A program made the translations under genes and the position numbers. 64,000 nucleotides of DNA from Escherichia virus TH54, in the sequence record MT446420.1; one strand, given 5' to 3'. The notes under the pieces were generated by a model. That model did no database searches and had not been told where the DNA came from. It saw nothing but the letters and a program-made list of their open reading frames with translations. Shown piece after piece: positions 28,661 through 39,817 of the stretch (the first letter of the stretch is position 1; the number at the start of each line of letters is the position of its first letter).

Positions 28661-29089
28661 TTTCCAATTAATACACCATACAGAGGTTCGCGATTAGACT
28701 TGAACTTGATTTTCTTATGGGTAATAGTACCTTCATTTTCTGCTTTAATACGAGCGGCTTCAAATTGAAGTATCATCTCATTTTTGCCAGATTTAATCTT
28801 ATCAAAATCCATCGAATTCGTCATTCATATGACCTCTTAAACTTTTTCGTATTCGTCATTCATAAGCTTAAAAATCCGGGTGTTCGTCTTCAAAGCAACC
28901 GATATTCATCGCTGCCACCACTTCTTAAGTTGATGAGAATCGACCCAAACCTTGGCCACAGGCTCAATCTGAAAAATACCATCAGAATACTGACCAACCA
29001 TTTTATATTCGGTTTCGGTCTGCTTGATACAGATATTACCGTATGAGCGAAGTCTGAAAGCGGCTCCAACAAGAAGCCGTTTAAAAGGT

Positions 29090-29401
29090 TTATTTACTAA
29101 TGCCATTTACGATTTCCCAAATTTGTTTGCGAGTAGTTTCCCACATCAACTTAATCAGGTCTTCCGTAACTGGTTGGCGGTAAATTCCACGCAGTTTAAC
29201 TAAAGCATATTTGTATGCTTCAAAATTGTTTTCCAGCACTGCCCCTTGAGCATGCTTATTCAGTCGTGCAATTTCACGAGCATTCTTTTTCAGAATCTTT
29301 GCTGCTTGACTCTGTGCTTCGAGTGCGTTCGCTTCTTCGAGACGTTCCTGTGCTTCTTCAATCTGCTTATCGGTCAGTTGAGAAATATCTGGAGCTTGCA
29401 T
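29090..29401 (-). CDS. hypothetical protein
   Basis: 103 aa helical. Confidence 0.45.
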   Translation of the reverse strand: MQAPDISQLTDKQIEEAQERLEEANALEAQSQAAKILKKNAREIARLNKHAQGAVLENNFEAYKYALVKLRGIYRQPVTEDLIKLMWETTRKQIWEIVNGISK

Positions 29402-29402
29402 A

Positions 29403-29654
29403 TTAATCCTTGGGAGTTAACTCAATTGTAAAATATAGATTAGCATTATCCACATGATAACGGTAATCAACGTTATTATCCGGTGAAGTAAATTCCAGAT
29501 TCCGGACGTTTAAAGGGTCGATATCAATTGGAAGACCTTTTATGTCTCGCAGATAAAGTTTAATGAAATATGGGAGCGCAGTAAAGTCTTCCTCGATTTT
29601 ATCTAAAAAATCGGTAATATCAAATTGATGTTCCATATAAAAAATCCAAATCAC
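29403..29654 (-). CDS. hypothetical protein
   Basis: 83 aa. Confidence 0.45.
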   Translation of the reverse strand: MIWIFYMEHQFDITDFLDKIEEDFTALPYFIKLYLRDIKGLPIDIDPLNVRNLEFTSPDNNVDYRYHVDNANLYFTIELTPKD

Positions 29655-30177
29655 CTTCTTTATCTTTGGCGCTCTTATCAGACCCTGGCGCTTTAACTAA
29701 AGAGGATTCGTACTGTGTCATTTTGTCATAGATGTCCTGGATAAATGTTTCATCAGCCAGAGCCACCATATCGTCGTCACGTGAATCATATACGTTATGG
29801 ACGAAGTAGCTATATTTCTTTGCCATTTCTTTACGTTCTTTTTTGATACGCTGAACGAAAGCATTGAAGCAAGCCATTGTTATGTAAGCATGTGGATTAT
29901 CGTATTTTGTTTCGTCGAAGTTGTGAAGACCTTTTATTGCGGCCTCAATTCCGTCTGCTATCATTTCTTGCTTCCAGGATTGGGTATATCCGGAGAAGTT
30001 GAAACGTTTGCTAAGACCTTCGGCTATAAGCATAATCGCCAGACCAATAACATCGTTCTGGCGAATAATTTTGTTCGGGTCGGTGTTCGCATTCAGCTTC
30101 TGTTTCCACTCCGAAATAGCTTTCAAAAGCTCTTTATTATTTACATAGTTATTCTTGGTTAATTTAATTTCGTTCAT
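29620..30177 (-). CDS. 55: late-transcription sigma factor
   Basis: 185 aa; NYVNNKELL...[22 protein letters not shown] resembles T4 gp55. Confidence 0.9.
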   Translation of the reverse strand: MNEIKLTKNNYVNNKELLKAISEWKQKLNANTDPNKIIRQNDVIGLAIMLIAEGLSKRFNFSGYTQSWKQEMIADGIEAAIKGLHNFDETKYDNPHAYITMACFNAFVQRIKKERKEMAKKYSYFVHNVYDSRDDDMVALADETFIQDIYDKMTQYESSLVKAPGSDKSAKDKEGDLDFLYGTSI

Positions 30178-30225
30178 ATCGCCTCACTTAGTATATGAAT
30201 ATTATATCATCCTTAATACAAAGCA

Positions 30226-30492
30226 TTAGCGAAGTAAACAGTAAGCCTGAAAGACCTTCTCCATAATTGCCTTAAATTCATGGATGTCAATATAAGGAAT
30301 AACCTCGGCATCACTAATGAATTCCATCAAACGGTCATGCTCGTTGCGGTATTGTCCTTCATTCAGCATACCGATATGGGACTCCCAAGAGCCATACCCT
30401 TCTGCGTGCGGGAAGAATGTTATTTTCATAAATTCATCCACCCAAAACGTTCCCAGGTCCTGGACGGATATCATTGTATGATTGATGTGCAT
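30226..30492 (-). CDS. hypothetical protein
   Basis: 88 aa. Confidence 0.4.
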   Translation of the reverse strand: MHINHTMISVQDLGTFWVDEFMKITFFPHAEGYGSWESHIGMLNEGQYRNEHDRLMEFISDAEVIPYIDIHEFKAIMEKVFQAYCLLR

Positions 30493-30779
30493 CAGTACAC
30501 CATCTGGGCAGCTTCTAAAACATCGTCAAGCTTATCAAACTGGTCAACATAATCAATCCCACCTACTTCATCTTTGGCATACAACCAATACTGATGGAAT
30601 TCATATTCAATAATAAAGTGGTCGCCTTCAATCTGGAGGACACCAACATCATTAAATTGAACTGCATAACCCGTCAAGCGGACATCATTCAGGAGTTCTT
30701 CTTTCATAGTAATCATTTCCAAGTTTTTATCGTAATTAGAGAGTTTTATTTTAATCATTAAGATAATCCTCAAATTCAT
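30492..30779 (-). CDS. hypothetical protein
   Basis: 95 aa. Confidence 0.4.
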   Translation of the reverse strand: MNLRIILMIKIKLSNYDKNLEMITMKEELLNDVRLTGYAVQFNDVGVLQIEGDHFIIEYEFHQYWLYAKDEVGGIDYVDQFDKLDDVLEAAQMVY

Positions 30780-31005
30780 TTAATGTCATGCCTTCGTTCC
30801 ATGCTGTTTTCAGGTGTGGCATTCTGCTATACGTCGTTTCCGAGCTTATAGGAAATATCCTGAAATCACGATTACTGTCACCAAGCATATTGGCAGCTTT
30901 TATAATAGTTTCACTTTTATTCATTATAGTTGTACGTTGAACACCATGAATAAATGGACCTTTAAAGACAATTATGGCTGATACACCTTCTGGTAAATTA
31001 TTCAT
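30751..31005 (-). CDS. hypothetical protein
   Basis: 84 aa. Confidence 0.4.
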   Translation of the reverse strand: MNNLPEGVSAIIVFKGPFIHGVQRTTIMNKSETIIKAANMLGDSNRDFRIFPISSETTYSRMPHLKTAWNEGMTLNEFEDYLND

Positions 31006-31328
31006 TTCACACCCTTAACAATTTTCAGGTCAACAAAACCTTTCTTGCGCTGGGACTTCATACGCTTGATAGCTTTATCAGAAACTTCTTTGTTTTCACG
31101 CAGAAGCGGTAAACCAAACGCTACTACATCAAATTCATTCAGGATATACTGGACAAGGCTTTCACGAATACGCGCTTTACCCATTGTCTGACCTTCCGCA
31201 ATAATCAGTTTCTGTACATCGCCTTCCCACTGGTCCAGAATCTCAGGGGTAACAAAACCAGATTTCATCAGAGTGTTAACTTTAGCAAATGCGAAATTAG
31301 CGATGATGTTAGTGATAGATGCAGTCAT
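31002..31328 (-). CDS. hypothetical protein
   Basis: 108 aa. Confidence 0.45.
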   Translation of the reverse strand: MTASITNIIANFAFAKVNTLMKSGFVTPEILDQWEGDVQKLIIAEGQTMGKARIRESLVQYILNEFDVVAFGLPLLRENKEVSDKAIKRMKSQRKKGFVDLKIVKGVK

Positions 31329-31400
31329 GATATATTCCTCAGTCTCATTAAATTAAAATTTTATTATCCCGGGGTCATTATACCATGACCCCGTTGGTTT

Positions 31401-31598
31401 TTATTGCGCTTTAGCCGCTTTCCAGCCTTCATACATCATTGCGGCTGATATTAATATCGCTCCTGAACAACTTGAATACTTGTGATTCCAAAACCAGTTT
31501 AGAAAAACTTCGTCATCGATACCTTGAGCTATCATATTTTCAAAAAACTGGCGACGAGCTTCAGCAATTCGCTGTGATAATTTAGATTCAGGGTTCAT
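31401..31598 (-). CDS. hypothetical protein
   Basis: 65 aa. Confidence 0.35.
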   Translation of the reverse strand: MNPESKLSQRIAEARRQFFENMIAQGIDDEVFLNWFWNHKYSSCSGAILISAAMMYEGWKAAKAQ

Positions 31599-31737
31599 TT
31601 AAATTTTCCAGTTACCGTTTTCATCAATAAATTCAATCCAGTCATTTACTGACCACTTGGTTGTATCGCCTTTTGGAGCAGAATTTAAAGTGTATAACCC
31701 TTGTTTAAAAAGCATACGTTTGATATTCATATTTTCC

Positions 31738-32031
31738 TCAGCTGTAACGATAGCATTCGTTTGATTTACGCTTTGCAACACGGTGAGAAGTATTATAATC
31801 AAAATCATCCTCAACGTATACATCTTTTTTCAACTGGCGAACTTCTTTGCGCAGTTGACGATTCATTTCATTCTTGACTTCTGAATCAACGCCACGCATA
31901 CGCTTCCATTTGTCTGAACGGAAAATATTTTCTTCAACTTGTTCCTGACTTACACCGTCTGGTGCTTTACGACGTCCGGAATAATAAAAATCTTTTACAG
32001 ACAATTCTTTACGACGGATAGTTTTACCCAT
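31738..32031 (-). CDS. hypothetical basic protein
   Basis: 97 aa; overlaps the 31599..31823 ORF, start uncertain. Confidence 0.35.
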   Translation of the reverse strand: MGKTIRRKELSVKDFYYSGRRKAPDGVSQEQVEENIFRSDKWKRMRGVDSEVKNEMNRQLRKEVRQLKKDVYVEDDFDYNTSHRVAKRKSNECYRYS

Positions 32032-32033
32032 AG

Positions 32034-32288
32034 TTACCTCAACAGTTTGTATCCAATAAGATTTTTAATGTACTGGATATCTTTGACATCCAAATCCAAC
32101 TTAAGGTCTTTCAGGCGTTCACCCAGGGTCAAAAAGGTTACATGTTTCCAATTCTTCACTGGGCAGCAATAAGTCTTAGGACCATTTGCAATTTCAATAT
32201 TCTTATCAGTGACGGTGAGAAAAATCAGGCGCTCATCATCAAGATTAAGGGTGATGATATTTTTGGTTGAATGCAATTTAAGGCTCAT
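32034..32288 (-). CDS. hypothetical protein
   Basis: 84 aa. Confidence 0.4.
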   Translation of the reverse strand: MSLKLHSTKNIITLNLDDERLIFLTVTDKNIEIANGPKTYCCPVKNWKHVTFLTLGERLKDLKLDLDVKDIQYIKNLIGYKLLR

Positions 32289-32467
32289 AATTTAGGTCCT
32301 TTTGCAACTGTATTGAACAAGCTACGGTCGCACACCATCAACGGAGCGTCTGGCCATTTCAAAGGACGATACCATACATCTTGGTCAGTCACTTTGGTTA
32401 CTTGTACAGGATAACCATTTACAGAATAATAATGGTCAACTTTAATTTCTTTATCTTCAATAACCAT
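32285..32467 (-). CDS. hypothetical protein
   Basis: Track ORF 32285..32545 trimmed; upstream codons translate the promoter leader. Confidence 0.45.
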   Translation of the reverse strand: MVIEDKEIKVDHYYSVNGYPVQVTKVTDQDVWYRPLKWPDAPLMVCDRSLFNTVAKGPKL

Positions 32468-32494
32468 TTTGTTTTCCTCATCAGTAGTTGATGG

Positions 32495-32528
32495 GATAAT
32501 GATACACCGTTCAAAGGGGCTTGTACAC
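32495..32528 (-). promoter_or_regulatory. early-type sigma70 promoter
   Basis: Reverse complement GTGTACA-N15-TGTATCATTAT; the -35 lies in the loop of a GGGG/CCCC hairpin. Confidence 0.45.
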
Positions 32529-32534
32529 CCCTTT

Positions 32535-32852
32535 TTAATCTTCAATTAAGTCCTGGTCATACCCCAGGGATATCAGTTTTGTTTTAAAGGCAGGAATATT
32601 TGTCATTTTTTCATCATTGACAAAAATCACTGGGTAACGAATGTTAAGGGTAGGATATCCAGCACGCTTAGCCAAAGACACGATTAATGGCCTGTCATAA
32701 GCGATTTCAGAGCCTTGTTTGTTAAGGACTGAATAGAATGTATAAGGAAGGTTTAAGGAGCCCAGAAGGCTCCTGACGTGCATACAACCAGGGCATCGAC
32801 CGACTTCTTCGGGGATACCATAGATTTCAATCTTAGTCGAGTTTTGGCCCAC
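32535..32852 (-). CDS. nrdH: glutaredoxin-like protein
   Basis: 105 aa; CPGC active site; adjacent to nrdG/nrdD. Confidence 0.6.
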   Translation of the reverse strand: MGQNSTKIEIYGIPEEVGRCPGCMHVRSLLGSLNLPYTFYSVLNKQGSEIAYDRPLIVSLAKRAGYPTLNIRYPVIFVNDEKMTNIPAFKTKLISLGYDQDLIED

Positions 32853-33132
32853 AGGAAATCACTCCTTGGTAGTTCCAGGTTTTAATAACTTCTTCATCGC
32901 TGGCGGTTGCATACGGGACATAAACCTGAATAAGGAAACCTGTGTCATCGAAAGAGAAATAAACCGTCGGTTTGATTCCATGAATCTCAGATAGAGCATA
33001 GATATCTTTAAGGTCTTCTTCTTTATCAGCAAAGAATTTCGGGTCCAAGTCACAGTCGTGGAAGTACCATTCATCACCGAACTTGTCCCATGCGGTCCAA
33101 TTAGTAGCTACATATTCTTCAAAACGTTTCAT
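32833..33132 (-). CDS. hypothetical protein
   Basis: 99 aa. Confidence 0.4.
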   Translation of the reverse strand: MKRFEEYVATNWTAWDKFGDEWYFHDCDLDPKFFADKEEDLKDIYALSEIHGIKPTVYFSFDDTGFLIQVYVPYATASDEEVIKTWNYQGVISCGPKLD

Positions 33133-33368
33133 TCTTTCACCTTCAGCATTTTTGCAATGGTACTATGAATAGTCTGGATTCTTTTGTTGAATTCAGAGCT
33201 TTCGAGGCCAGGATTGGTGCTTAACCAACCGATGATAACAAACAGCAAACCAAACGGGATAGCCAGAATAAGCAGACAAACGATGAACAACACAAGCGTT
33301 ATGTTTGCCAGAATATCTGCTGTAGCATTACGAAATTTATTCATATTTACCCTTAATTGATTAACCAA
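33129..33368 (-). CDS. hypothetical membrane protein
   Basis: 79 aa with one TM helix. Confidence 0.4.
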   Translation of the reverse strand: MVNQLRVNMNKFRNATADILANITLVLFIVCLLILAIPFGLLFVIIGWLSTNPGLESSEFNKRIQTIHSTIAKMLKVKE

Positions 33369-33458
33369 GCATTGATAAACACTAAACTATACTGCGAATA
33401 AAATTCTGGACCAAAATGAAAAATCATATCATTTATAGTATCCATAATATAATTCAAT

Positions 33459-33929
33459 TTAATCATGTTTCCACACCCCATCGGTATTTGACCAAAGTCG
33501 CTGATTATCTGACCCTCGCCACAGTTTTTTGGTCGGAAGATTTTTCTCATACTTCCCATCAATAATAACATCAACATATTTAAGCATTTCTAGTTGTTTA
33601 ATATCTTCAAACTTATATCCCGTCCACATCCAAATGCTTTTATTGGGATAAAGATTTTTAATAGTTTGAACCACAGAGTGAATAACATCTCGGTTATCAG
33701 GATAGAGAGGGTCTCCTCCGGTTATAGTTAATCCTTCTATATAATCATTATTCAAACATTCAATTAATTGTTCTAGTGTTTCACCAGTAAATGGAACACC
33801 ATTTCTAGCATTCCATGTTGATTTATTATAACACCCTTCGCATTTATGCAAACAACCTGTAACGAAAAGAACGACCCTGCATCCAGGGCCATTTACAAAA
33901 TCGCAAGGATAAATTCTATCATAATTCAT
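33459..33929 (-). CDS. nrdG: anaerobic ribonucleotide reductase activating protein (radical SAM)
   Basis: 156 aa; Cys cluster CLHKCEGCYN; overlaps nrdD. Confidence 0.85.
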   Translation of the reverse strand: MNYDRIYPCDFVNGPGCRVVLFVTGCLHKCEGCYNKSTWNARNGVPFTGETLEQLIECLNNDYIEGLTITGGDPLYPDNRDVIHSVVQTIKNLYPNKSIWMWTGYKFEDIKQLEMLKYVDVIIDGKYEKNLPTKKLWRGSDNQRLWSNTDGVWKHD

Positions 33930-35743
33930 TGGTGTTTAACCCTATGCATGATTTCTTTATTTTTGCCGAGATTAAATCCGCGTTCGTTCGGATTTCCCAA
34001 ATAACCACAAGTTCTTCTTATTGTGTTCATCTTTTTAGGGTCAGTTTCTCCACAAATAGAACAAACAAATCCGTTTTCAGTAGGAGTCATTTCATGGGTA
34101 CTTCCACATGTAAAACATTTATCTACTGGCATATTAACACCAAAATAATCTAAATGTTGTGCAGCATAATCCCACACAGCCTCAAGACCTTTTAGATTAT
34201 TTTTCATATCAGGAAGTTCAACATAAGAAATATGTCCGCCTGTCGCAATGAAATGATATGGTGCTTCGCGAGAAATCTTTTCAAACGGGGTGATATTTTC
34301 TTCTACTGAAACATGGAAACTATTAGTGTACCAGCCTTTATCAGTAACATCTTTTACACTTCCATATTTTTCAGTATCAAGTTTACAGAAGCGATAGCAC
34401 AGGTTTTCAGCAGGAGTAGAATACAAGCTAAAAGCAAAACCGGTTCTTTCGGTCCACTGCTTAAGACGAGCATTCATTTTAGTTAAAATTTCTTGCCCAA
34501 TATCACGACCGACAAGAATATTCAATTCGTGAATACCAATGTATCCCAAAGACACTGAACTTCTACCGTTTTTAAATAACTCAATTATATCATCATCGGG
34601 TTTAAGACGAACCCCGAATGCACCTTCTTGGTAAAGAATAGGAGCAACAGTCGCTTTAACTCCTTTTAAGGAATTAATTCTACACATCAAAGCTTCAAAA
34701 CACAAATCCATTCGCTCATTGAACAATTCAGTAAATTTCTGTTCATTGAACTGTGTTCCAATATAAGAATCTAACGCAATACGAGGAAGATTCAGTGTTA
34801 CAACGCCAAGATTATTACGCCCATCAAGAATTTCATTACCAGTCGAATCTTTCCATACGCCCAAGAAACTACGGCAACCCATTGGAGAAACAGGAATAGA
34901 TGAACCGGTGATAGCTTTGTTATTCTTAGCCGAAATGATGTCAGGATACATTCTTTTGCTTGCACACTCTAAAGCAAGCTGCTTAATATCATAGTTCGGG
35001 TCGTCTTTATAAAGATTAACACCTTCTTCAACGAACATAACAAGTTTAGGGAAAATAGGAGTTATCCCATCACGACCAAGACCTTTAATACGATTTTTCA
35101 GAATTGCTTTCTGAATCATTCGTTCAGTCCAATCAGTTCCCGTACCAAATGTAATGGTTACAAAAGGCGTTTGTCCATTTGAACTAAAGAGAGTATTTAC
35201 TTCATATTCATAAGCTTGGAATGCATCGTATACGTCTTTTTCTGTTTTAGATTGGGCATAATTCAATGCATCAGTGATTTGCCATTTTTCTGCGTCTTCA
35301 ATATGTTTTGCGTATGTACGTTTAACATAAGGAGAAAATACTTTGTCTACATTAGCAAAAGTCGTTCCGCCATATTGGTGAGAAGCAACCTGTGCAGTAA
35401 TTTGTGCCATAATTGCAGTAGCAACACCAATTGATTTAGGAGTTTCAATCTGTGCATTACCGAGTTTAAATCCGTTCTCAAGCATTCCTTTTAAATCTAC
35501 TAAACAGCAATTAGTAAATGGAAGAGCAGGGGAATAATCAATATCATGGAAATGAATAATTCCACTTTCATGTGCTTTCATAATAAAAGACGCAACCATA
35601 TTTTTGGCAATGTGTTTAGATACAATACCAGCCATAAGGTCACGTTGAGTTGGAAAAACACGAGAATCTTTATTAGCATTCTCGTTTAAAAGGTCTTTAT
35701 TAGTTTTATGAATCAATCCTTCAATTTCGTTTTCAATTGTCAT
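33926..35743 (-). CDS. nrdD: anaerobic ribonucleoside-triphosphate reductase
   Basis: 605 aa; C-terminal glycyl-radical region RTCGYLG and zinc-ribbon cysteines. Confidence 0.92.
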   Translation of the reverse strand: MTIENEIEGLIHKTNKDLLNENANKDSRVFPTQRDLMAGIVSKHIAKNMVASFIMKAHESGIIHFHDIDYSPALPFTNCCLVDLKGMLENGFKLGNAQIETPKSIGVATAIMAQITAQVASHQYGGTTFANVDKVFSPYVKRTYAKHIEDAEKWQITDALNYAQSKTEKDVYDAFQAYEYEVNTLFSSNGQTPFVTITFGTGTDWTERMIQKAILKNRIKGLGRDGITPIFPKLVMFVEEGVNLYKDDPNYDIKQLALECASKRMYPDIISAKNNKAITGSSIPVSPMGCRSFLGVWKDSTGNEILDGRNNLGVVTLNLPRIALDSYIGTQFNEQKFTELFNERMDLCFEALMCRINSLKGVKATVAPILYQEGAFGVRLKPDDDIIELFKNGRSSVSLGYIGIHELNILVGRDIGQEILTKMNARLKQWTERTGFAFSLYSTPAENLCYRFCKLDTEKYGSVKDVTDKGWYTNSFHVSVEENITPFEKISREAPYHFIATGGHISYVELPDMKNNLKGLEAVWDYAAQHLDYFGVNMPVDKCFTCGSTHEMTPTENGFVCSICGETDPKKMNTIRRTCGYLGNPNERGFNLGKNKEIMHRVKHQ

Positions 35744-36213
35744 TTTAAACTCTTTCTAAGCTGCTTCTTAAATGAAGCCATTAATTGTGTTTTGGTGTCA
35801 GATTCATTATAAGTCATACCATTCAAAAGCATTTCCCGAATCATTTCTTCTTTCCCCAGACGACCGAACTCTTTGGCTTTGTCTGTTACAAAATTGGGGT
35901 GAATATTGTTTTCGGTATAATCAGATTTCAGATAGACAAGCAAACTCTCTAACCATTCCAGGTAGTCAACATCGCGACTTTTTAGACCCGAACGGCTGAA
36001 CTTATGCTTCATTTGTCCTTCTGTTCCATTGCACAGATTGCATAGTAACCCGCGAACCTTACCGGCTTTTGGTCCGTTCAATTCGTGGTCATGGTCAAGA
36101 TGGTTGGCCTGAACATCGGAGTCCAAATCACGGTGACAAATTGGACACTTACCAGCTTGTGCATCATAAAGTTTTTGTTTTTCTTCTTTGTATAATTTGC
36201 CAGTCAACAACAT
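35740..36213 (-). CDS. 49: recombination endonuclease VII
   Basis: 157 aa; CPIC...HLDHDHE...CNLCN resembles T4 endo VII. Confidence 0.85.
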   Translation of the reverse strand: MLLTGKLYKEEKQKLYDAQAGKCPICHRDLDSDVQANHLDHDHELNGPKAGKVRGLLCNLCNGTEGQMKHKFSRSGLKSRDVDYLEWLESLLVYLKSDYTENNIHPNFVTDKAKEFGRLGKEEMIREMLLNGMTYNESDTKTQLMASFKKQLRKSLK

Positions 36214-36518
36214 AATAAACCCTTACCATTATTAGATAAGGGTATTTATTAATATCCTAATAGTTTAGCAGTGCAACTTAGCACTAACAACAATCCGAAT
36301 AAAGCAACTCCGGCCCAAAATACCGTAATAAGAGCATCCATATCAGACCCCGTAGAACGAGCGATGTAACCGTTTAAATTGACGAATCATCTTTTTGGTA
36401 GGACGGGTATACAATCCCACACAGGTGGCCATAAACTGGTCAGTAGGGCTTCCTTTGATAAGAAGTTTCCAGACCTTGTCACCGTTTAACTTTTCGGTAT
36501 AGACTAATGCAGTTTTCA

Positions 36519-36791
36519 TTAAACAATCCTAAAACAAGGATAATGACATTCAACGTTACCATTATCAATTATCATATACTCAGTGATACAGGTCCATGAC
36601 CCTTCAATTTCTATGGTATCAAAAAGGTATTCATCTGTTTCAACAACGTCCCAAACATTACATTCAACATCAGGGTCAAAACGTTGTCTTAACGCATGGA
36701 TAACATCACCATTTTTAAATCCTGCGTCTTGAAGCTCTTTCATAAAACCTGATTGATCAGCAGCATGAATATTAACAATTTCTAAAAACAT
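36519..36791 (-). CDS. hypothetical protein
   Basis: 90 aa. Confidence 0.4.
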   Translation of the reverse strand: MFLEIVNIHAADQSGFMKELQDAGFKNGDVIHALRQRFDPDVECNVWDVVETDEYLFDTIEIEGSWTCITEYMIIDNGNVECHYPCFRIV

Positions 36792-37081
36792 TAAAAGACC
36801 TCATCAGAAAAGCGGAGTTGAGCTTCAAGCCAATGAATGTAGTCAGCTGCAGCAAAAATCAAAGCAGATTCTTCATCAGGTAACTTACGGGAATCCGACA
36901 ATTCATAAAGTGAATGTTCAATCAGACGGCCTTTATGACGGCCAACTTCAATTTTGGTACTCATATCCAAACTCCATATCGATTAAATCATTGTTTGAAG
37001 GTTCATTATAATCTATTTCGGAATCGTTGTAAACCGGTTCCTCTGGCTCGACGGTTTCCCATCGAGCGGTATACCATGGTT

Positions 37082-37402
37082 TTATAGCGTAATCCATTCT
37101 CGGATAGTTTGGGTTACGACACGTTCTTGGAGCTTAACCAGTTCAACAGTCGGGACCATATGGTCCCAGTCAGTATGATAAGAGCCGGTACGAGTTTCGT
37201 TTACAGACACATGCACATTATGTTTTTTGCTGAAATAAATTGCCTGGCGATATTGGTATTTGCCGGTTTGTGTCCATTCACCTAATTCAACCGGAACCAG
37301 GTAGTCCGAAAATTCAAACTCGTATGATTCAGTAAACGCATCATGGTCTTCAATGATTTCGCTTAAAACAGCATCAACATCTAATTCATTTTCAATAGTC
37401 AT
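37082..37402 (-). CDS. hypothetical protein
   Basis: 106 aa acidic. Confidence 0.4.
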   Translation of the reverse strand: MTIENELDVDAVLSEIIEDHDAFTESYEFEFSDYLVPVELGEWTQTGKYQYRQAIYFSKKHNVHVSVNETRTGSYHTDWDHMVPTVELVKLQERVVTQTIREWITL

Positions 37403-37707
37403 TGGTCACTCCAATAGCTTGATACTTCAAAATCAGGCTCACCGTCGTCCCAGTACCAAGGACCAACCGGATGCCAATCGCCATGCTTATCTTCTTCATA
37501 TTCTTCAGATTCAAGCCCAACGTATTGCCATTGGACTTCATAAGCAGTGCCGCCGATTACAACAGTGTTCTCACCATACGGGTGAGCCACAGCAAAGTCA
37601 ATACCTTCTGCTTTAGCCAACCAAACCATATACTCGTATAGTTTATATTCCAGGTCATCTTCAGTACCATCACCTAGAAAAATAGTCTGTTCATTTAATT
37701 CAATCAT
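37399..37707 (-). CDS. hypothetical protein
   Basis: 102 aa. Confidence 0.4.
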   Translation of the reverse strand: MIELNEQTIFLGDGTEDDLEYKLYEYMVWLAKAEGIDFAVAHPYGENTVVIGGTAYEVQWQYVGLESEEYEEDKHGDWHPVGPWYWDDGEPDFEVSSYWSDQ

Positions 37708-37949
37708 AATTCTGCCATAAATTCAAATAACTGGTCGCGTACACAAGTATCAGTCCAACCCCATTCGTTGGCTTCTTCTTTTAACCAATCCGGGAGATTT
37801 GCCAATACGGTTTCTTTACTAGGCGCGGGAGTATCAAACTCTCTCGCGCAGGTTTCATATGCCATATCAAATTCGGTCATTTGAAGTTCCAGAATGAAGC
37901 ACCAACCAGAAATAAAGGCCAACAAATCATAGACGTCAGCCACCAGCAA
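37704..37949 (-). CDS. hypothetical protein
   Basis: 81 aa. Confidence 0.4.
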   Translation of the reverse strand: MLVADVYDLLAFISGWCFILELQMTEFDMAYETCAREFDTPAPSKETVLANLPDWLKEEANEWGWTDTCVRDQLFEFMAEL

Positions 37950-38040
37950 AAGTCACCTGCACCGAAATCATCTAATTTAGCTAGGGTCTTAGCATAACCA
38001 ATACCGATGATAAGATACAAAACACCCAACGATAATTCAA

Positions 38041-38304
38041 TCATTTAAAATATTCTCGCAGTTGGTCGAAGCCACCAATATGACTTCCGTCAGGGGCAAA
38101 TACTTGCGGCATGGTCAAACCAATTTGGGATTCGCGACCAAGCGCAACCAGGAGTTGAGCAATCTTCTCATCATCAAACACACCTTTTTCTGGCATAACG
38201 TTGATGAACTCGTAAGGTTGTTTTTTAACATCCAAAAAACGTTTTGCATTATCGCAGAATACACAGCGATGAATAGATGAATCATAACCATATACTTTAA
38301 ACAT
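38041..38304 (-). CDS. nrdC: thioredoxin/glutaredoxin
   Basis: 87 aa; MFKVYGYDS..CVFCDNAK...GLTMPQVFAPDGSHIGGFDQLREYFK resembles T4 NrdC. Confidence 0.85.
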   Translation of the reverse strand: MFKVYGYDSSIHRCVFCDNAKRFLDVKKQPYEFINVMPEKGVFDDEKIAQLLVALGRESQIGLTMPQVFAPDGSHIGGFDQLREYFK

Positions 38305-38305
38305 A

Positions 38306-38563
38306 TTATTCCTTAATTCCTAATACTTGTTTGAAGGTCTCAGTATAATCGGGGTATTGACCGGTTTGTTCTTTATGTTTGACCATAATACCATAAACTT
38401 CTGAACGCATATTATTATATGAACGAGTTAAAGCAGATTTCAATACTGAATAACTATCCGGAAGTTTACCGTGTTCTTTATAATAGGCCAGAGTTAATTC
38501 ACGGACCGCCTTATCAGCAGTCTCAAGATATTCTTTACGCTTTGCCATTTTCGTCTCGCTCAA
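38306..38563 (-). CDS. hypothetical protein
   Basis: 85 aa. Confidence 0.4.
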   Translation of the reverse strand: MSETKMAKRKEYLETADKAVRELTLAYYKEHGKLPDSYSVLKSALTRSYNNMRSEVYGIMVKHKEQTGQYPDYTETFKQVLGIKE

Positions 38564-38828
38564 ATTTGTGTTTACAATGTCTGCATTTGTAACGAAGAGT
38601 ACTAGTCTGCCAATGGACTAACTGTACCTGTTCAGTTCCACATTCTGGACAGTTAGGAACACGCTTAGAAGCACGTTCACGACGACGAACCATAGCCATT
38701 ACTGTATCCCAATCAGGAACCTGACTATAATCATCAGTCCAGTTTATAAGACCTTTATCAAACCCCGCTGCGGGGGTCCATTCTGGAAATGCAGTTTCTG
38801 CAATATCTTCAGCTAAACGTTGTTTCAT
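38535..38828 (-). CDS. zinc-ribbon protein
   Basis: CPECG...(17)...CRHCKHKF Cys4 motif. Confidence 0.45.
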   Translation of the reverse strand: MKQRLAEDIAETAFPEWTPAAGFDKGLINWTDDYSQVPDWDTVMAMVRRRERASKRVPNCPECGTEQVQLVHWQTSTLRYKCRHCKHKFERDENGKA

Positions 38829-39817
38829 TTCAGCAGCTCCAGAGCTTGTTCCAGTTTATCCAGACGATTGGTTGATTCTTCCCAAAGTCGTTTGGCTTTT
38901 GTATAATCTTCAGTTGCCTTTTTATTAATAGCAAGAGCTTCATTATACGCCGTTTCCAGGGCAACAATTTCAGGCGCTTTTTGTTTCACTGGCTCATTAT
39001 TCAGATTATCAATCAGGTCTTCAAGGGTAGTAACTTCATGCGGAGCGTTCATAATTTCCTCACTTTTCTTTTTATAAATTTCTGCATCAGTTGGTTGTTT
39101 TGCACATTTAACTTCACGCAATGTCACCACAATTTTCCAACCTTTCCAACCATGAGCACTGGTGATAGGGTCTACTTTAATTTTTTCAACAGTGCGCATA
39201 TAATTAAGGGCACACTGTACCTGATGAGTAAGCGTACAGGCAACATCAAGATACTTTTTGACATTTTCTGGAGTAGCCACCGGCGTAAAGAACTCATGCT
39301 TAACTGTAATAATTACTTGGTTTTCACCAGACTCTTTAACCTTTATCATATGCTCAGCCAAATGGGAGATAGTGCGAAAATCACCACCCATCAATTTTGT
39401 CGCTGATTTTATGATAGACATTTTGTTATCTCTGAATTCACGAGCCCAGCAATTTGCGAATTCAGAAACAGTATAGCCTTGCTTATCAAGGTAGTATTTT
39501 TCAACATCACCAAACCAATGATATCCAATTGTACCTTTACCACGTCTGGATTCAACACCAAACTTATTAAGAAGGTCTTTATTAACCAGGTATGCCAGAA
39601 CTCGGGAACCTTTAAAAGTTTTCTTGATATCATCATTACCAGCACGACTCGCAATAGTCGCAATGTCTTTCTTGAAGCGACCAGATGCAACAATCGTCGA
39701 ATCAATCTGATTTAACCAGAAATTGATAATTGAAAGGATAGCCGATTCACCTATTAATGGTTTTACTTTTGCATCGATAGTGGTGTTAAAGGCCTGGATA
39801 TATTCGTTACGCGTCAT
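38825..39817 (-). CDS. hypothetical protein with C-terminal coiled coil
   Basis: 330 aa. Confidence 0.55.
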   Translation of the reverse strand: MTRNEYIQAFNTTIDAKVKPLIGESAILSIINFWLNQIDSTIVASGRFKKDIATIASRAGNDDIKKTFKGSRVLAYLVNKDLLNKFGVESRRGKGTIGYHWFGDVEKYYLDKQGYTVSEFANCWAREFRDNKMSIIKSATKLMGGDFRTISHLAEHMIKVKESGENQVIITVKHEFFTPVATPENVKKYLDVACTLTHQVQCALNYMRTVEKIKVDPITSAHGWKGWKIVVTLREVKCAKQPTDAEIYKKKSEEIMNAPHEVTTLEDLIDNLNNEPVKQKAPEIVALETAYNEALAINKKATEDYTKAKRLWEESTNRLDKLEQALELLK